Below, one piece after another: positions 1 through 9,920 of a stretch of DNA of 64,000 nucleotides. The position numbers were made by a program, and so were the translations under genes. The DNA is from a plasmid: sequence record NZ_CP090789.1. One strand, written 5' to 3'. The notes under the pieces were generated by a model. It worked only from the letters and a program-made list of their open reading frames with translations. It was not told where the DNA came from and did no database searches. Every line of letters starts with the position of its first letter. Within the stretch, counting starts at the first letter, position 1.

Positions 1-1
1 T

Positions 2-592
2 CAGCGCACTGCTCTTGGGCCGACAATTCCGATTTGGCTGGATCTCGTATTCGCGATGATTTTGAGTGATGCACCCAGCTTCTCTCGCCGACTGTGGGTC
101 AACATGGACGAGCTGGCGTCGATCGGCCGACTGTACAGCTTTGAGCCGGCTGTTTCGAAGGGGCGAAAGCACGGGCTCTGCGTTGTGGGCGGCCTGCAAG
201 ATGTGGTGCAACTCAAGATGAACCTGGGGCAGGATCCGGCCGACGCGGCCCTTGCCTGTTTCCGCAGTCTGCTGGCCTTGGGTGGGGCGAATGCTCACAC
301 GACCAAGCGCCTCGCGACGATGTTGGGCAGCCATGACGTCGAGCGGCATCCGATCGGCGTGAATCCGCAGTGGTGGAATCTCAATACGCGCGAGCGGAAG
401 ATCGACCGCGACGAGCTACTGGTGACGCCGTCGGAATTGGCGAACCTTCCTGACTTACAGGGTTATCTCAAGTACGGGAAGGATTGGCCCCTCACGAAGG
501 TGAAGTTCGGAGCTCGCGACTATCCGGTGCGGCATCCCGATTTCTTAGCCATGGACCTGCCTGCGATCGCAAACCTGATCATGGCGACATGA
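2..592 (+). CDS. Type IV coupling protein (TraG/VirD4 family), C-terminal fragment; 5' end lies outside the window
   Basis: ORF runs open from the window edge. The C-terminal pattern RE..LLTPSEL.NLP.L.GYLKYG.DWPL.KVKF matches the conserved TraG/VirD4 tail. Its position is consistent with being the last gene of the VirB-type T4SS operon that starts at 59.9 kb if the replicon is circular. Confidence 0.5.
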   Translation, partial: QRTALGPTIPIWLDLVFAMILSDAPSFSRRLWVNMDELASIGRLYSFEPAVSKGRKHGLCVVGGLQDVVQLKMNLGQDPADAALACFRSLLALGGANAHTTKRLATMLGSHDVERHPIGVNPQWWNLNTRERKIDRDELLVTPSELANLPDLQGYLKYGKDWPLTKVKFGARDYPVRHPDFLAMDLPAIANLIMAT

Positions 593-639
593 CCGTGAAT
601 ATTGAATCCACCAGCTACGGGCAACATCAAGGAGAAGCG

Positions 640-1914
640 ATGGCCGTAACTCATGAGTATCGATTCGACGATGTGTTGGTTGCAGCCAACGCGCCGGATC
701 TGCAGGACTATCTTCGAGACGCGCACGGCGGGAAGGAACGGCCACTATGCATGTGCACGTCGGCCGGCGTTCCGATGTACATCGCTCGTGTCGGTGAGCA
801 TTTCGCGATCAAGCGGATGCCGAACACCGGCGCCATACATGCTCCCGAGTGTGCCTCGTACGAGCCGCCTGCCGAGCTGTCCGGCCTGGGCGAACTGAAG
901 GGGCAAGCGATTAAGGAGAACGTCGAGGAGGGCGTCACCGAATTGCGTTTGGACTTCGCGCTTTCGAAATCCGGCACCCGGATGACGCCCGAGCCTTCCG
1001 GTGTGCAGGGGGATACCGTTCGTACGGACGGCGCGAAGCTGACGCTGCGCGGCATGCTGCACTACCTCTGGGATGAGGCGGGCCTCAACCGGTGGCATCC
1101 CGCGATGGACGGCAAGCGAAGTTGGTACGTCGTTCGGAGAGCGCTGCTGCAGGCGGCCTTCGATAAGGTATCGAAACGTGCGCCGCTTCAGCAAAATCTG
1201 TACATCCCCGAAACGTTCTCGCTCGATCGCGAGACCGAGATCGCGCAGCGTCGAATTGCGCACATGGCCGATCTTGTTGCACCGGGCAAGACCAAGAAAA
1301 TGATGATCGTGATCGGGGAGGCGAAGGAGATCACGGCGTCCCGATATGGCTTCAAGATCGTAGCGAAGCATCTGCCGAAGTTCCCGTTCATGATGAACGA
1401 GGATCTGCACCGGCGATTGCAGAAGCGATTCGCAAACGAGCTGGCGCTCTGGGACAGCATGGAGGACACGCAACTGGTCTTTATTGGCACATTCTGGATG
1501 GGGCCGACCGGCGTTGCGACGCTCGAGGCGCTTTCCGTGATGGTCGTGTCCGCGAACTGGATCCCCTTCGAGCACACCTACGACAAGCTTGTTCTCGACG
1601 CGCTCACATCGGGCAGCCGTCGATTCGTGAAAGGGTTGCGATACAACCTTGCAGATGACAAGCCCCTGGCGACCGCGGTGCTGGTCGACGTCGACGGGCC
1701 GCCGACGGCCATGTACATCTGTCCTCCTGGCGACGATGAAGAAGCAGATCAGGCGCTTGACGAATTGATCGAATCGAGTGAAATGCCTGCGTGGATCTGG
1801 CGAGCGGGCGATGAGATGCCCGTCTTTCCGCCGGCGGGCGAAAATGCAGATCGGATTGCGACGACCGCTGCCGAAGGCCGGCGCGCGGACAGCGAGACCG
1901 ATTCGGCATGGTGA
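640..1914 (+). CDS. DUF1173-like conserved conjugative-element protein (alternative start ATG 589, overlapping the upstream stop as ATGA)
   Basis: 424-aa ORF with a strong AAGGAG RBS 6 nt before ATG 640. The N-terminal RPLCMCTSAG cysteine motif matches what I remember of DUF1173 proteins, which co-occur with relaxase/coupling genes. The 484 start in the ORF track is an out-of-frame-looking extension across the traG tail. Confidence 0.5.
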   Translation: MAVTHEYRFDDVLVAANAPDLQDYLRDAHGGKERPLCMCTSAGVPMYIARVGEHFAIKRMPNTGAIHAPECASYEPPAELSGLGELKGQAIKENVEEGVTELRLDFALSKSGTRMTPEPSGVQGDTVRTDGAKLTLRGMLHYLWDEAGLNRWHPAMDGKRSWYVVRRALLQAAFDKVSKRAPLQQNLYIPETFSLDRETEIAQRRIAHMADLVAPGKTKKMMIVIGEAKEITASRYGFKIVAKHLPKFPFMMNEDLHRRLQKRFANELALWDSMEDTQLVFIGTFWMGPTGVATLEALSVMVVSANWIPFEHTYDKLVLDALTSGSRRFVKGLRYNLADDKPLATAVLVDVDGPPTAMYICPPGDDEEADQALDELIESSEMPAWIWRAGDEMPVFPPAGENADRIATTAAEGRRADSETDSAW

Positions 1915-2059
1915 AGAAGCAAAAATACCGAAAGATCGATATTGCTGCTTTTAATAAAAGGGACAAGTCGTTACAATCTGAAAGATTATCGTCGCGTTTT
2001 TATTCTTATCGGAACTGCATAGCGCAAATCCTTATTAAAACGGACCTACAAAAGAAAAA

Positions 2060-2089
2060 CCCCCGCCGGCAAGCGAGGGTTGTTCTTGG
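2060..2089. terminator. Imperfect GC hairpin (CCCCCGCC-GGCAA-GCGAGGG) flanked by an A5 run on the 5' side and TTGTTCTT on the 3' side; possible bidirectional intrinsic terminator in an AT-rich gap
   Basis: Seen directly: 7-bp stem with one mismatch/wobble. A T-run follows on the minus strand (AAAAA on plus) and a T-rich stretch follows on the plus strand. Confidence 0.3.
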
Positions 2090-2350
2090 TGGCGCCCAAC
2101 ATGCTACAGCGAAAGAGAGCCAACCGGTCGAATGGATGGCCCGATTCTATCGAATCTCCAAAGCGTGTCAAGCGTCGTCTGTAGCCGCTCCTTCTACCTA
2201 AAGAGTGCATAGATGACTCAAACCGCCCGCTGCGGGGCGATGCCCCTTTGTGCGCGGCCGCTTTGTCGTTTCCGACGGCCGCGCACCTTACATCTCGCAA
2301 GCACCCGCAAAGCGGGACTGGAACACTGCGCCCAATAACGGAATCGCGCA

Positions 2351-3220
2351 GTGACGCCCCCCCTCGAGCTCCCGGACGTGTTCCAGGCGACGCAATCGGC
2401 CATTGCGCCGGCGGCCGCCGCACGCGCTGACGATGCGACGCGGACGGTTGATTCCGTTCGTCGGGAGCGCGCGTGGCCGACGGATCTGGCGGAGCCACTG
2501 AAAGCGAATTCTCCGCGGATACTGCGGACGCTGAATGTCCGGCTGCAGCGCTATATTGCGGCTCCCGCAAAGTGGTTGCCGTCTCTGAACGCAGCCAATG
2601 GAAGCCGTCGACAGCAACGCAGTGAGCGACGCGTCGCGTGCGTCCAACTTCTCCGTGCATTGATCAAATACTGCGACCTCGCTTCGCTGCGGGTCGGGGC
2701 GCCTGGTGCGCAGGGGTGGGTCGACTTGACGCTCCCATTCTTTGCCTGCCAAGCGGGACTGCAAATTCGGCGCGCGGAGCGGGCGCTACGTGATCTGCAG
2801 GCGGCCGGCCTGGCCAAGGTGCGCCGGCAATGTGAGCGGCAAGAAACCGATCAAGGCGAGCGGTATAAGGGCCTCGCGGCGATCAAGTACCTTCCGCCGT
2901 CACTCTTCGAAGCGTTTGGCATGGGCGCGTGGCTTCGTCATGAGCGTGTCCGAGCGCATCTGCGCGCGCAGCGTCGATTGGCGGCCGCACGTAAGCGCGA
3001 TCGTCGTGTCGCACTCGAGATGAACCAGTTGCGCGCTATCGGCGGGTCGGTCGGCCGCCGCAAACGCTCGTCGCAAGAGCGGATTGCGGTGCCGGATGCG
3101 GACTTCGAGCGGATGATCATGCTTCGTGCCGGTCAGATCAAGGCTCGTCAACCCGACCTGGACCGTGAGGCGTGCTACGAGCAGGCACGTCGCGAATTGG
3201 CCTCTCCGTGCCGCACGTAG
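2351..3220 (+). CDS. Hypothetical basic protein; possible winged-helix DNA-binding or replication/partition-related protein
   Basis: 289-aa ORF with a GTG start, Arg-rich with coiled-coil-like RAERALRDLQAAGLAKVRR segments. No family confidently recognised. Confidence 0.4.
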   Translation: MTPPLELPDVFQATQSAIAPAAAARADDATRTVDSVRRERAWPTDLAEPLKANSPRILRTLNVRLQRYIAAPAKWLPSLNAANGSRRQQRSERRVACVQLLRALIKYCDLASLRVGAPGAQGWVDLTLPFFACQAGLQIRRAERALRDLQAAGLAKVRRQCERQETDQGERYKGLAAIKYLPPSLFEAFGMGAWLRHERVRAHLRAQRRLAAARKRDRRVALEMNQLRAIGGSVGRRKRSSQERIAVPDADFERMIMLRAGQIKARQPDLDREACYEQARRELASPCRT

Positions 3221-3484
3221 CGGTCGCTGTTTCCACTCTTTCCTTCTTTCTCTAGCTGATCGCGCCCGCCGTGAGGGTAGTGAGCGGACGCGCACAGATT
3301 TTCGTGCCGCTTTGGGTGCGAGCTCGCGTCGCTTACACGTCGAATTTCGCGGTTTTGGAGATCCGATTCGCGTTGTGCCCCACTGGGGTGTGGATAAATT
3401 CCCTTAAATGTCGGGACGTGTGCTCCTTAATTGTCGGGTCTTAATCAGATCCCATCTCTAACAAGAAGAGTGAAATCCAGCCCC

Positions 3485-3520
3485 GCGGCTTCGCCGCGAG
3501 GTATCACGCGGCGAAGCCGC
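3485..3520. repeat. Perfect 14-bp inverted repeat (GCGGCTTCGCCGCG / CGCGGCGAAGCCGC) with an 8-nt loop
   Basis: Seen directly. Lies in a ~1-kb ORF-poor gap downstream of the relaxase gene. No T-tract follows on either strand, so a protein-binding or structural site is more likely than a terminator. Confidence 0.6.
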
Positions 3521-3570
3521 TTGTCGAAATGGTGGTAGGCGAGCCCCAAACTTCGGCGAGCACGGGCGCT

Positions 3571-3591
3571 GCGTCAGCCAAAGGCTGACGC
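3571..3591. repeat. Perfect 9-bp inverted repeat GCGTCAGCC-aaa-GGCTGACGC
   Basis: Seen directly. Second strong hairpin in the same non-coding gap, followed by a GCGCGCGCGTGCGCGC alternating tract near 3645. Confidence 0.5.
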
Positions 3592-4298
3592 ACCACCACG
3601 TACGCGTAAATCGAGAGCGCCCGGCTCGCCGGCCGCTCTCTCAACGCGCGCGCGTGCGCGCCAACGCCTACCACGCAAACTGGACCCACCCGCCGAGCAG
3701 TCTGCAGAAGAGGGGGTAGACCTTGGGACGGGCGGGCCTCTGGTGAGACTTTCGAGGACGTTGCGGCGCTATCGCGTTGGTCCCGAGGCAGTCTCGACCC
3801 TATCGGGGACCGGCCGCTGGCAGTGGCTAGAACAGGTTCTATCCCGGCAGGATTGTCCAGATCTCGCTGGCCGACGACGAGGTGCACTCGCCGGCCGTGA
3901 CCCTGGCATTCGGCGCCGGACGTGGTCACCTTGCGCGCGATCGGGCGCAAGCACGGGGTCAGCGCGGTCGACGCCATCCTCGGCGGACGTCGAGATAGAC
4001 ACGCAGAACTGACGAAGCGCGACCTACGACGCGTTGCATAGAGCTCGAGCTGGTCGACGTACGGTTCGGTTCTCAGCGGCGGTAACGCGGCCCACCTTGC
4101 GAGAAATTCGCGGGAGATTCGAGCCGGAATGGAAACCCTGGTAGGACGAGATGGCGCGCGGAAGAATTGACGTGCCGCAGTATTGGCGCGGGCTTTCTAC
4201 TCACAAATTCGGAACCGGCTAGTGTTGTTTCAAACTCAGGCCGGAAAATCCAAATCGGAGAATAAAGGTGCAAAGGCGTGAATGGTAAATCCCACCAT

Positions 4299-7121
4299 TT
4301 AATCACGCACGCCTCGGCCACCCCGTCGATTTTCATTGGACTGCTCGCGCTCGATTTCACCCACGCCGGCGGCCTTCCGCTGCCGCTGCAGATATTCGGC
4401 GCGGGCTGCTGCGCGTTCCGCCGCGCTCATGCCTGCGAACGGCTTCTTGTTGATTCGCACACGATCTGTCTCGGCGCGGTCGGCGCTCGAATGCCGCATA
4501 TTTTCGACAATCGCTTCCGCTCGCGCTTGCCCGCTCAGCGCGACCAATGCCTTCCAGGCACGATCGTCCCGGCTTGCGAGGTAAGCGAGACGACCGCGGA
4601 TTGCCGGATCGATATGCTCGAGCGCGGACCCTGACCGCTTAAGTTGAGCGCGCTCCTTCGCCTGCAGCGGCCGGTTATCCGCACGTGCGCGCTGCCGCTT
4701 GTCGAGCGCGTCGACGTATTGGTCCACGGCGTTATCGAGCGTCACTGGTTGTCGGCGAACCGGTGACGATGCGGCGCTCGCGGTCCGTCGAAGAGCGAGG
4801 GTATGTCGGTAGCCCCGCTCGGCGCCGAGTTCGGTTTCGGGTCGAACACCGTAATACGCGCTGAACGACTTTTCATCAACACGCGACAACGCGCGACTCA
4901 GCGCAGCGGCATCGGCAAACTCGTCCTTCCCGGACGCAAGTGTCAGCGATGTCTTGTGCCGCGTCATTGCAACGTAGGCGAGCTCCGCATGCAGACTCTT
5001 GGTCGCCAGGATGTACGCACGATCGACAGTCATGCCCTGGCTCTTGTGGATCGTCAGCGCGTAGCCGTAGTCGATTTCGCCATACGTCGCAGAGTCGATC
5101 GAAATGCTGCGACCGTTATCGAGGCGCACGTGTAGGATCGACCCGGGCTTCGAGCTTTGCTCTCGAGCCTCGATCCGCTCGATGGTTCCAAGCGAGCCGT
5201 TCTTTACGTCGATATCGTAGTCGTTCCGGAGGAACATGATCCGCTCGCCGGCCGCCAGCATCATGGTACGCGAGTGCTGGCTCTCAGCCTGGTCACTACC
5301 ATCGACGCGCTCGACCAGCTGAACCGCGTGGTCGCTGCCAAGTTCCCCGCGCGCACGAAGGGCCGAGCGGATCGCGGTGTTGAGCCCGTCACGTTGAGCA
5401 TTTGTGTGCGTCAACAAGATCTGCGAATCGCCACGGTATGCGTCCCGGTCTGCCATGAATTGTGCGACGAGCATGTCGCGCGCAGCAGCGAGCGATTCGA
5501 ACAATTGGACCGATCCACGTTCCGCATAGGCCGACACCGCGGCCGGAATTTCATGCCTAGACAATGCCTCGGATGCCTGACGTTGCCAGTCTTCCTTCTG
5601 GCGCTTGATCTCGGTTAGGCTCGACAGCGCATTCACGGCTTCGGCCTTCTTGCTGACGGCGCGGAACGCGTCGCCGGCGTCAACCGCATGCAGCTGATAT
5701 GCGTCGCCGACCATTCTAATGCGGGCATTGGCCCTTTCGATGTGACCGAGCAGCTTCTCCATTTGCCGAGAACCGACCATCCCGGCCTCATCGACGAAGA
5801 CCACCGTTCGCTCGTCAAGTATTAAGCTCCCGCGATCCAGAGAGCCGAGCAGGCTGTGCAGCGTCCGACTTTGAATGCCGGCATCGCGCTCCATGTCGTC
5901 AGCGGTTTTCCCTTGGAGAGCCGCGCCGAGGACGCGGAAGCCATCGGATTCCAGCGCTTCTCGTGCGGCCTTGAGGACGTAGCTCTTCCCCGTCCCGGCC
6001 GCGCCGTTCACGACGACAAACTGCCGATCTGATACGAGAAGAGAAAACGCCGCATCTTGGCCGGCATTGAAGTTTCGCGAGATCCGCAGAACGTCGTGAC
6101 GAGCCATGGTCCCGGATCGCGTCGGGACGTTGGAGAGACGCTCGGCGCGTGCAACGAGCCGATCCTCAAGTTCCTGAAGCTCGCCGGAAGTAAACCAGTC
6201 GCCTTCTTTGCCGGGGACGCTCAGCGCGATCAACTCTTTCGAGTTCATCATGCGAGCATAAACTTGGCGGAATTGCTCTTCTCCGTCAGTGTTGCGGAAA
6301 ACGAATTGCTCGACGTCGCGACGCGAGAATATCGACTTGGTCGCCGTTAACGCGTGCACACCAATCGACGGATTGATCAGAAGACGTTTGCCGTTGCGTT
6401 CGGCCCGCGCGCGATTCTCGGCCAGCACGTTTTCCATTACGCCCCGTTCACCGGCGTAGCGGGCGACACCAACCTTGAGCGAAGGCTCAAGTTCGATACC
6501 GAGCGTCTTGTAACTCCGATGGTCGATGCGAGCCTCGATGCCGTGTCGTGCCATGAAGTGATTTGCGGTCACCGCCCATTCCTCGCGGACGTCGACCACG
6601 AACTGTCTGCTGCTCAGATAGCGGTCTTTGCCAGCCCCGCCTTTCTCAGGATGCTCGCGATTCCAGCGACGAAAGAACTGCTCGGGATCTCGTGGAATCC
6701 CGTCGTTCACGCGCTCCGTAAACATGATGTGGGCGTGAGGCTGTTCCAGACCATCGCTCGCAGCGGGGTTGTGGATTGCCCAAGAATAGGCGTGGCGTTC
6801 ACCGAGCGTGTTCTGGACAAACTCCCGAACCAATTCGACGCGCTGCTCATCGTTCAATTCGCGCGGGATGGAAACCTCGATCTCGCGGTACGGACGACCG
6901 TTGACTCGCTCGTACTGATCGGCAGCTTGCCAGAAAGCGCTCGGATCATGCTCGGCCCATGCCGGCATGTTTCCGCTCTCAGACATCTTCAGATCGCCGC
7001 GTTCCTCGTATCGCCCACCACGCGAGATATAGGCGTAGTGATCCTCACGTGCGATGTACTTGGCATGCTCGCCTGCCTTGGCAGCTTTGCCTGGTTTGAC
7101 GCTGAGGTGGTAGGTCGACAC
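4299..7121 (-). CDS. traA: Conjugative relaxase/helicase, TraA-like: MobA/MobL-family relaxase N-terminus fused to a RecD/TraA-type helicase
   Basis: 940 aa with a GTG start. The N-terminal MSTYHLSVKPGK...KYIAREDHYA signature and the HAHIMF histidine triad are typical of MobA/MobL relaxases. A Walker A motif (GAAGTGKSY) and helicase motifs sit in the central/C-terminal part. Architecture matches Ti/rhizobial TraA. Confidence 0.85.
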   Translation of the reverse strand: MSTYHLSVKPGKAAKAGEHAKYIAREDHYAYISRGGRYEERGDLKMSESGNMPAWAEHDPSAFWQAADQYERVNGRPYREIEVSIPRELNDEQRVELVREFVQNTLGERHAYSWAIHNPAASDGLEQPHAHIMFTERVNDGIPRDPEQFFRRWNREHPEKGGAGKDRYLSSRQFVVDVREEWAVTANHFMARHGIEARIDHRSYKTLGIELEPSLKVGVARYAGERGVMENVLAENRARAERNGKRLLINPSIGVHALTATKSIFSRRDVEQFVFRNTDGEEQFRQVYARMMNSKELIALSVPGKEGDWFTSGELQELEDRLVARAERLSNVPTRSGTMARHDVLRISRNFNAGQDAAFSLLVSDRQFVVVNGAAGTGKSYVLKAAREALESDGFRVLGAALQGKTADDMERDAGIQSRTLHSLLGSLDRGSLILDERTVVFVDEAGMVGSRQMEKLLGHIERANARIRMVGDAYQLHAVDAGDAFRAVSKKAEAVNALSSLTEIKRQKEDWQRQASEALSRHEIPAAVSAYAERGSVQLFESLAAARDMLVAQFMADRDAYRGDSQILLTHTNAQRDGLNTAIRSALRARGELGSDHAVQLVERVDGSDQAESQHSRTMMLAAGERIMFLRNDYDIDVKNGSLGTIERIEAREQSSKPGSILHVRLDNGRSISIDSATYGEIDYGYALTIHKSQGMTVDRAYILATKSLHAELAYVAMTRHKTSLTLASGKDEFADAAALSRALSRVDEKSFSAYYGVRPETELGAERGYRHTLALRRTASAASSPVRRQPVTLDNAVDQYVDALDKRQRARADNRPLQAKERAQLKRSGSALEHIDPAIRGRLAYLASRDDRAWKALVALSGQARAEAIVENMRHSSADRAETDRVRINKKPFAGMSAAERAAARAEYLQRQRKAAGVGEIEREQSNENRRGGRGVRD

Positions 7122-7151
7122 GGGAACCGGGTTGAGCGCTGTTTTCGGGTT

Positions 7152-7190
7152 GTTTCTATGCTAGCATAGAAACGCGTAAGCGCGCGTTGT
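7152..7190 (+). promoter_or_regulatory. Putative oriT: perfect 22-bp palindrome GTTTCTATGCTAGCATAGAAAC followed by an RSF1010-like nick core GCGTAAGCGCGCG
   Basis: Seen directly, 30 bp upstream of the relaxase start and between divergent relaxase and accessory genes. In RSF1010/R1162 the oriT is an inverted repeat ending in AGAAACCGG followed by TAAGTGCGCC|CT. Here the inverted repeat ends AGAAAC-GCG and is followed by TAAGCGCGCG. Confidence 0.6.
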
Positions 7191-7436
7191 ACTTCCCTGT
7201 AGACACGGGTTTTTGCGAGCTCCCTAGAGACCTGCGGTTTTGGGGTTTCAGATCGTGAAATGGGGTTGGATCGCTGGCGCGACGTCGGTATCGTCGGGAG
7301 GTGTGTGGTCTCGACGGTGCTGCATCAGGTCCAGTCCTCCATACGGGAGGGCTGGACTGCGGGCAGTAGCACATCGGACGATTTAGGTGCGGCTGCTGCG
7401 GAGTCGAATTCGTTTTTTTTGGGTGAGGTAGAACCT

Positions 7437-7871
7437 ATGTCACGTCCCGAATGGTTGGCGGTTCGGTTGCAGTTCATCAAGGGTCTGAATTCTCCGACCG
7501 AAGCACAGCGGCTGCTCGTTGAATTGGCTGAGCGGCCCGAACTCGACAAGTCTGACGCGCGGGTGCTCGACCAGTTGATGCGGATGGAACGTATCAACAT
7601 GAAGGCCGATGAGGCGAAGGCGGAGACGGAAAAGCTTCTGCGCGCGCGCCGTCTTGAACAAGATAGGGCGCGCGCGAAGGCACACGCGGAGTTGGGTGCT
7701 GTGGTGGCGGGAGTCGGATTTCCGCTGGAGCGGGACTTGTTGGCGGGCGTGCTGCTCGAAGCGCTCGAACGCCTCAAGGCCGACCCGGCGTTGCGCACGG
7801 GTTGGAGTTCGCGCGGCGTGGCACAGGCGAAGCCAAGCGATGCGGAGGAGAAAAAGGCCGACGCGGCCTAA
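7437..7871 (+). CDS. Small relaxosome-accessory-like protein (TraC/TraD/MobC-position gene), divergent from traA across oriT
   Basis: 144-aa ORF from the internal ATG with a GAGGT RBS. The listed ORF starts earlier at 7260, but the upstream part has no RBS and overlaps the oriT region. The protein is acidic/coiled-coil. Assignment is by position only. Confidence 0.45.
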   Translation: MSRPEWLAVRLQFIKGLNSPTEAQRLLVELAERPELDKSDARVLDQLMRMERINMKADEAKAETEKLLRARRLEQDRARAKAHAELGAVVAGVGFPLERDLLAGVLLEALERLKADPALRTGWSSRGVAQAKPSDAEEKKADAA

Positions 7872-7928
7872 GCCGGGTCGGCCCTGCATTGCTTCTTCGG
7901 TGGCCCGGTCTAACGGGCCACCGTGTCG

Positions 7929-9920
7929 TTACTGACCGTCCGGTGCGTCTGCTGCTTCCGCCTCACGCGTCGGGTGTTCGATCGGGAAAGTCGATTCCCG
8001 ATTCGTCAGCACATCTGGAAGCCATCCCGATTCAACCAGTTGCATTTCGGCCGCTGCGGCGGCATCTCCCTTCTTCATCGAACCCAGCGGCATTGCGGCC
8101 GTCGCCGAAACCGCCTGTGCCATTACATCGACGATGCGCTGTTTCGACACGTGGTTGAGGTAACTCGTCTGCGTCGGCTTCCAGTAGCGCACCATGTCCA
8201 CGTCGAGCACGTCGGCCAGCGTGTTGACGGCGTGCGGCTTGTTCTCCCGCGCGATTCCGTTGACCATCGCCGCAACGCAGAAGGCAAACAGGCCCGACAG
8301 AGTGTCGTCTGTCGCTTCCAGCAGCCACGGCAGCAAGTGGCGCAGTTCGTTCGGCATCGTTGCCGCCCATTTCGTGCGCTCGGCGTCGATGATCCGCCAT
8401 GCCGTACTGTCGGTCATGTCATCCGCAACGCTGGAGAGTTGGTCCAGACTCGGCCGGAAAGTCGCTTCGAGCGCGTGGTATTCGCGCCAATGATCGTCAA
8501 ACTGTTCCTCGAACACGTCAGGAATCATCGTGTACAAGAGGTAGGCCATCGCCACGTCCGGGCGCTTCGCAAGCTCCGCCTGCACAGCAGCAGTGCGATG
8601 AGCAGTCAGCCGAACGCAGAGAGTTTCGCTGTGGACGGGGCGGGCTTTCGTCGTCCGCTCGGCCTGCTCGCCGTGCTGACCACCGGAAACAGCGGCGGCG
8701 ACTTCCTGCGGTTTGACAACGCCGCGCCTGACTTCAAGTTCGCCATTTGCGTCGATCCAGACTTGCGCGCCAGCACCGGCTTTTTGCTCGTCGGTCCATA
8801 CCTCACAACGTTCTTCGAACGCGTCCAGCGCTGCCTGAGCGTCGCGCACGGCTTGATGGAGCACGTCGCCGTCGGCGTCCGAATCTTCCGTATCGTAGTG
8901 CGCGTCGAGCGCAGCATCCGCACTCTGGCACGCCTGTTCCAGCTTGCGATGTTCCGCTTTCTCCTTCTTCGTCAGTTCGCGGCGCTCCGGGTCCAACTGG
9001 CGCACACGCATCGCCATGAGCGCCTCTCGTCGTACTGCCGCGTCCACCCACGCCCAACCCTCGGCGCGCACTTCCTCGGCGGCGGCCGTCAGCTTTTCCA
9101 CGGCAAGGCGGTTTAGCAATTCGAGGTCGGCCACAAATCCGCCGTTTCCGTCGCCGCTGAACAGGTCGCGTCGCACATATCCGCCCGCGTCCTCGTAGGC
9201 GTCGAGGCCGATGAATCGCGCGAGGGAATTCGTGGCCGCATTCACTTCGGCTTTGGTGATGACCGCCCGAATCTCGCGGGGGCTGCGCTGCCACTCCTGA
9301 ATCGATTCGAACCAAATCCGCTCTTGTTGTTCGGTGTCGTCGGACAGTGCGAGCGCGCACGCCTGCTCGTAATCCATCCCGTCATCACGAAACACTTCTA
9401 GCAGCTTCGGCGAAATGTTCGCCAGCTTCAATGCGCGACGGACAACCGTTTCTGACACGGAAAACCGAGCGGCAATGTCGGGAATTGATCGGCCCTCCGC
9501 AATGAGTTCGCGGAACGCGACGCACTGGTCGGCGATGTGCATCCCTTCGCGCTGGACGTTCTCCGCAAGCGAGATCGCCAGCGCTTCGCCGGCGGAGACG
9601 ATCAGCACGGGCACGAGATCCGTATCCGACCAGCGGCCTCGGGATTTCAGGAGGTCCAGTCCGCCCAAGCGGCCTTGGCCGGCGCAGATTCCGAACGGAC
9701 GAAGGCCGTTCCTTTGTCCATCTTCATCGATCGGATGCCCTACGAGGTTTTGCAGCAAGCCGTTAGCGTCGATGTCGTCAGCAAGCGCGGGGATGTTCTT
9801 GGCGGGCTTCTTCCGCACGTTGCGGGGTGACACGCACAGCTGGCCAAATGGGATGTAGTTGATTTTCCCGAACGTGTACGGGACGGGGTTGGCGAGGATC
9901 GTATCTGCTACTTGGTTCAC
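7929..9920 (-). CDS. Large ParB/Srx-domain (ParB-like nuclease domain) protein of plasmid leading regions
   Basis: About 664 aa from GTG 9920 with a GGAGA RBS. The N-terminal ParB-like box (GLLQNLVGHPIDEDG...RRAL..A) is recognisable, followed by a long acidic C-terminal region. The ORF track extends the start to 9962 through the inverted-repeat arm. Confidence 0.7.
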   Translation of the reverse strand: MNQVADTILANPVPYTFGKINYIPFGQLCVSPRNVRKKPAKNIPALADDIDANGLLQNLVGHPIDEDGQRNGLRPFGICAGQGRLGGLDLLKSRGRWSDTDLVPVLIVSAGEALAISLAENVQREGMHIADQCVAFRELIAEGRSIPDIAARFSVSETVVRRALKLANISPKLLEVFRDDGMDYEQACALALSDDTEQQERIWFESIQEWQRSPREIRAVITKAEVNAATNSLARFIGLDAYEDAGGYVRRDLFSGDGNGGFVADLELLNRLAVEKLTAAAEEVRAEGWAWVDAAVRREALMAMRVRQLDPERRELTKKEKAEHRKLEQACQSADAALDAHYDTEDSDADGDVLHQAVRDAQAALDAFEERCEVWTDEQKAGAGAQVWIDANGELEVRRGVVKPQEVAAAVSGGQHGEQAERTTKARPVHSETLCVRLTAHRTAAVQAELAKRPDVAMAYLLYTMIPDVFEEQFDDHWREYHALEATFRPSLDQLSSVADDMTDSTAWRIIDAERTKWAATMPNELRHLLPWLLEATDDTLSGLFAFCVAAMVNGIARENKPHAVNTLADVLDVDMVRYWKPTQTSYLNHVSKQRIVDVMAQAVSATAAMPLGSMKKGDAAAAAEMQLVESGWLPDVLTNRESTFPIEHPTREAEAADAPDGQ

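Noticed and set aside
484-639. Upstream extension of the DUF1173-like ORF overlapping the traG tail
   Set aside because: No RBS. It overlaps the well-conserved TraG C-terminus in another frame. The AAGGAG-ATG at 640 is a far better start.
3504-3977. 157-aa minus-strand ORF in the traA-downstream gap
   Set aside because: Composition typical of a GC-frame artefact (Ala/Arg/Pro-rich), no RBS, and it overlaps strong hairpins. Treated as non-coding, though a small real gene cannot be fully excluded.
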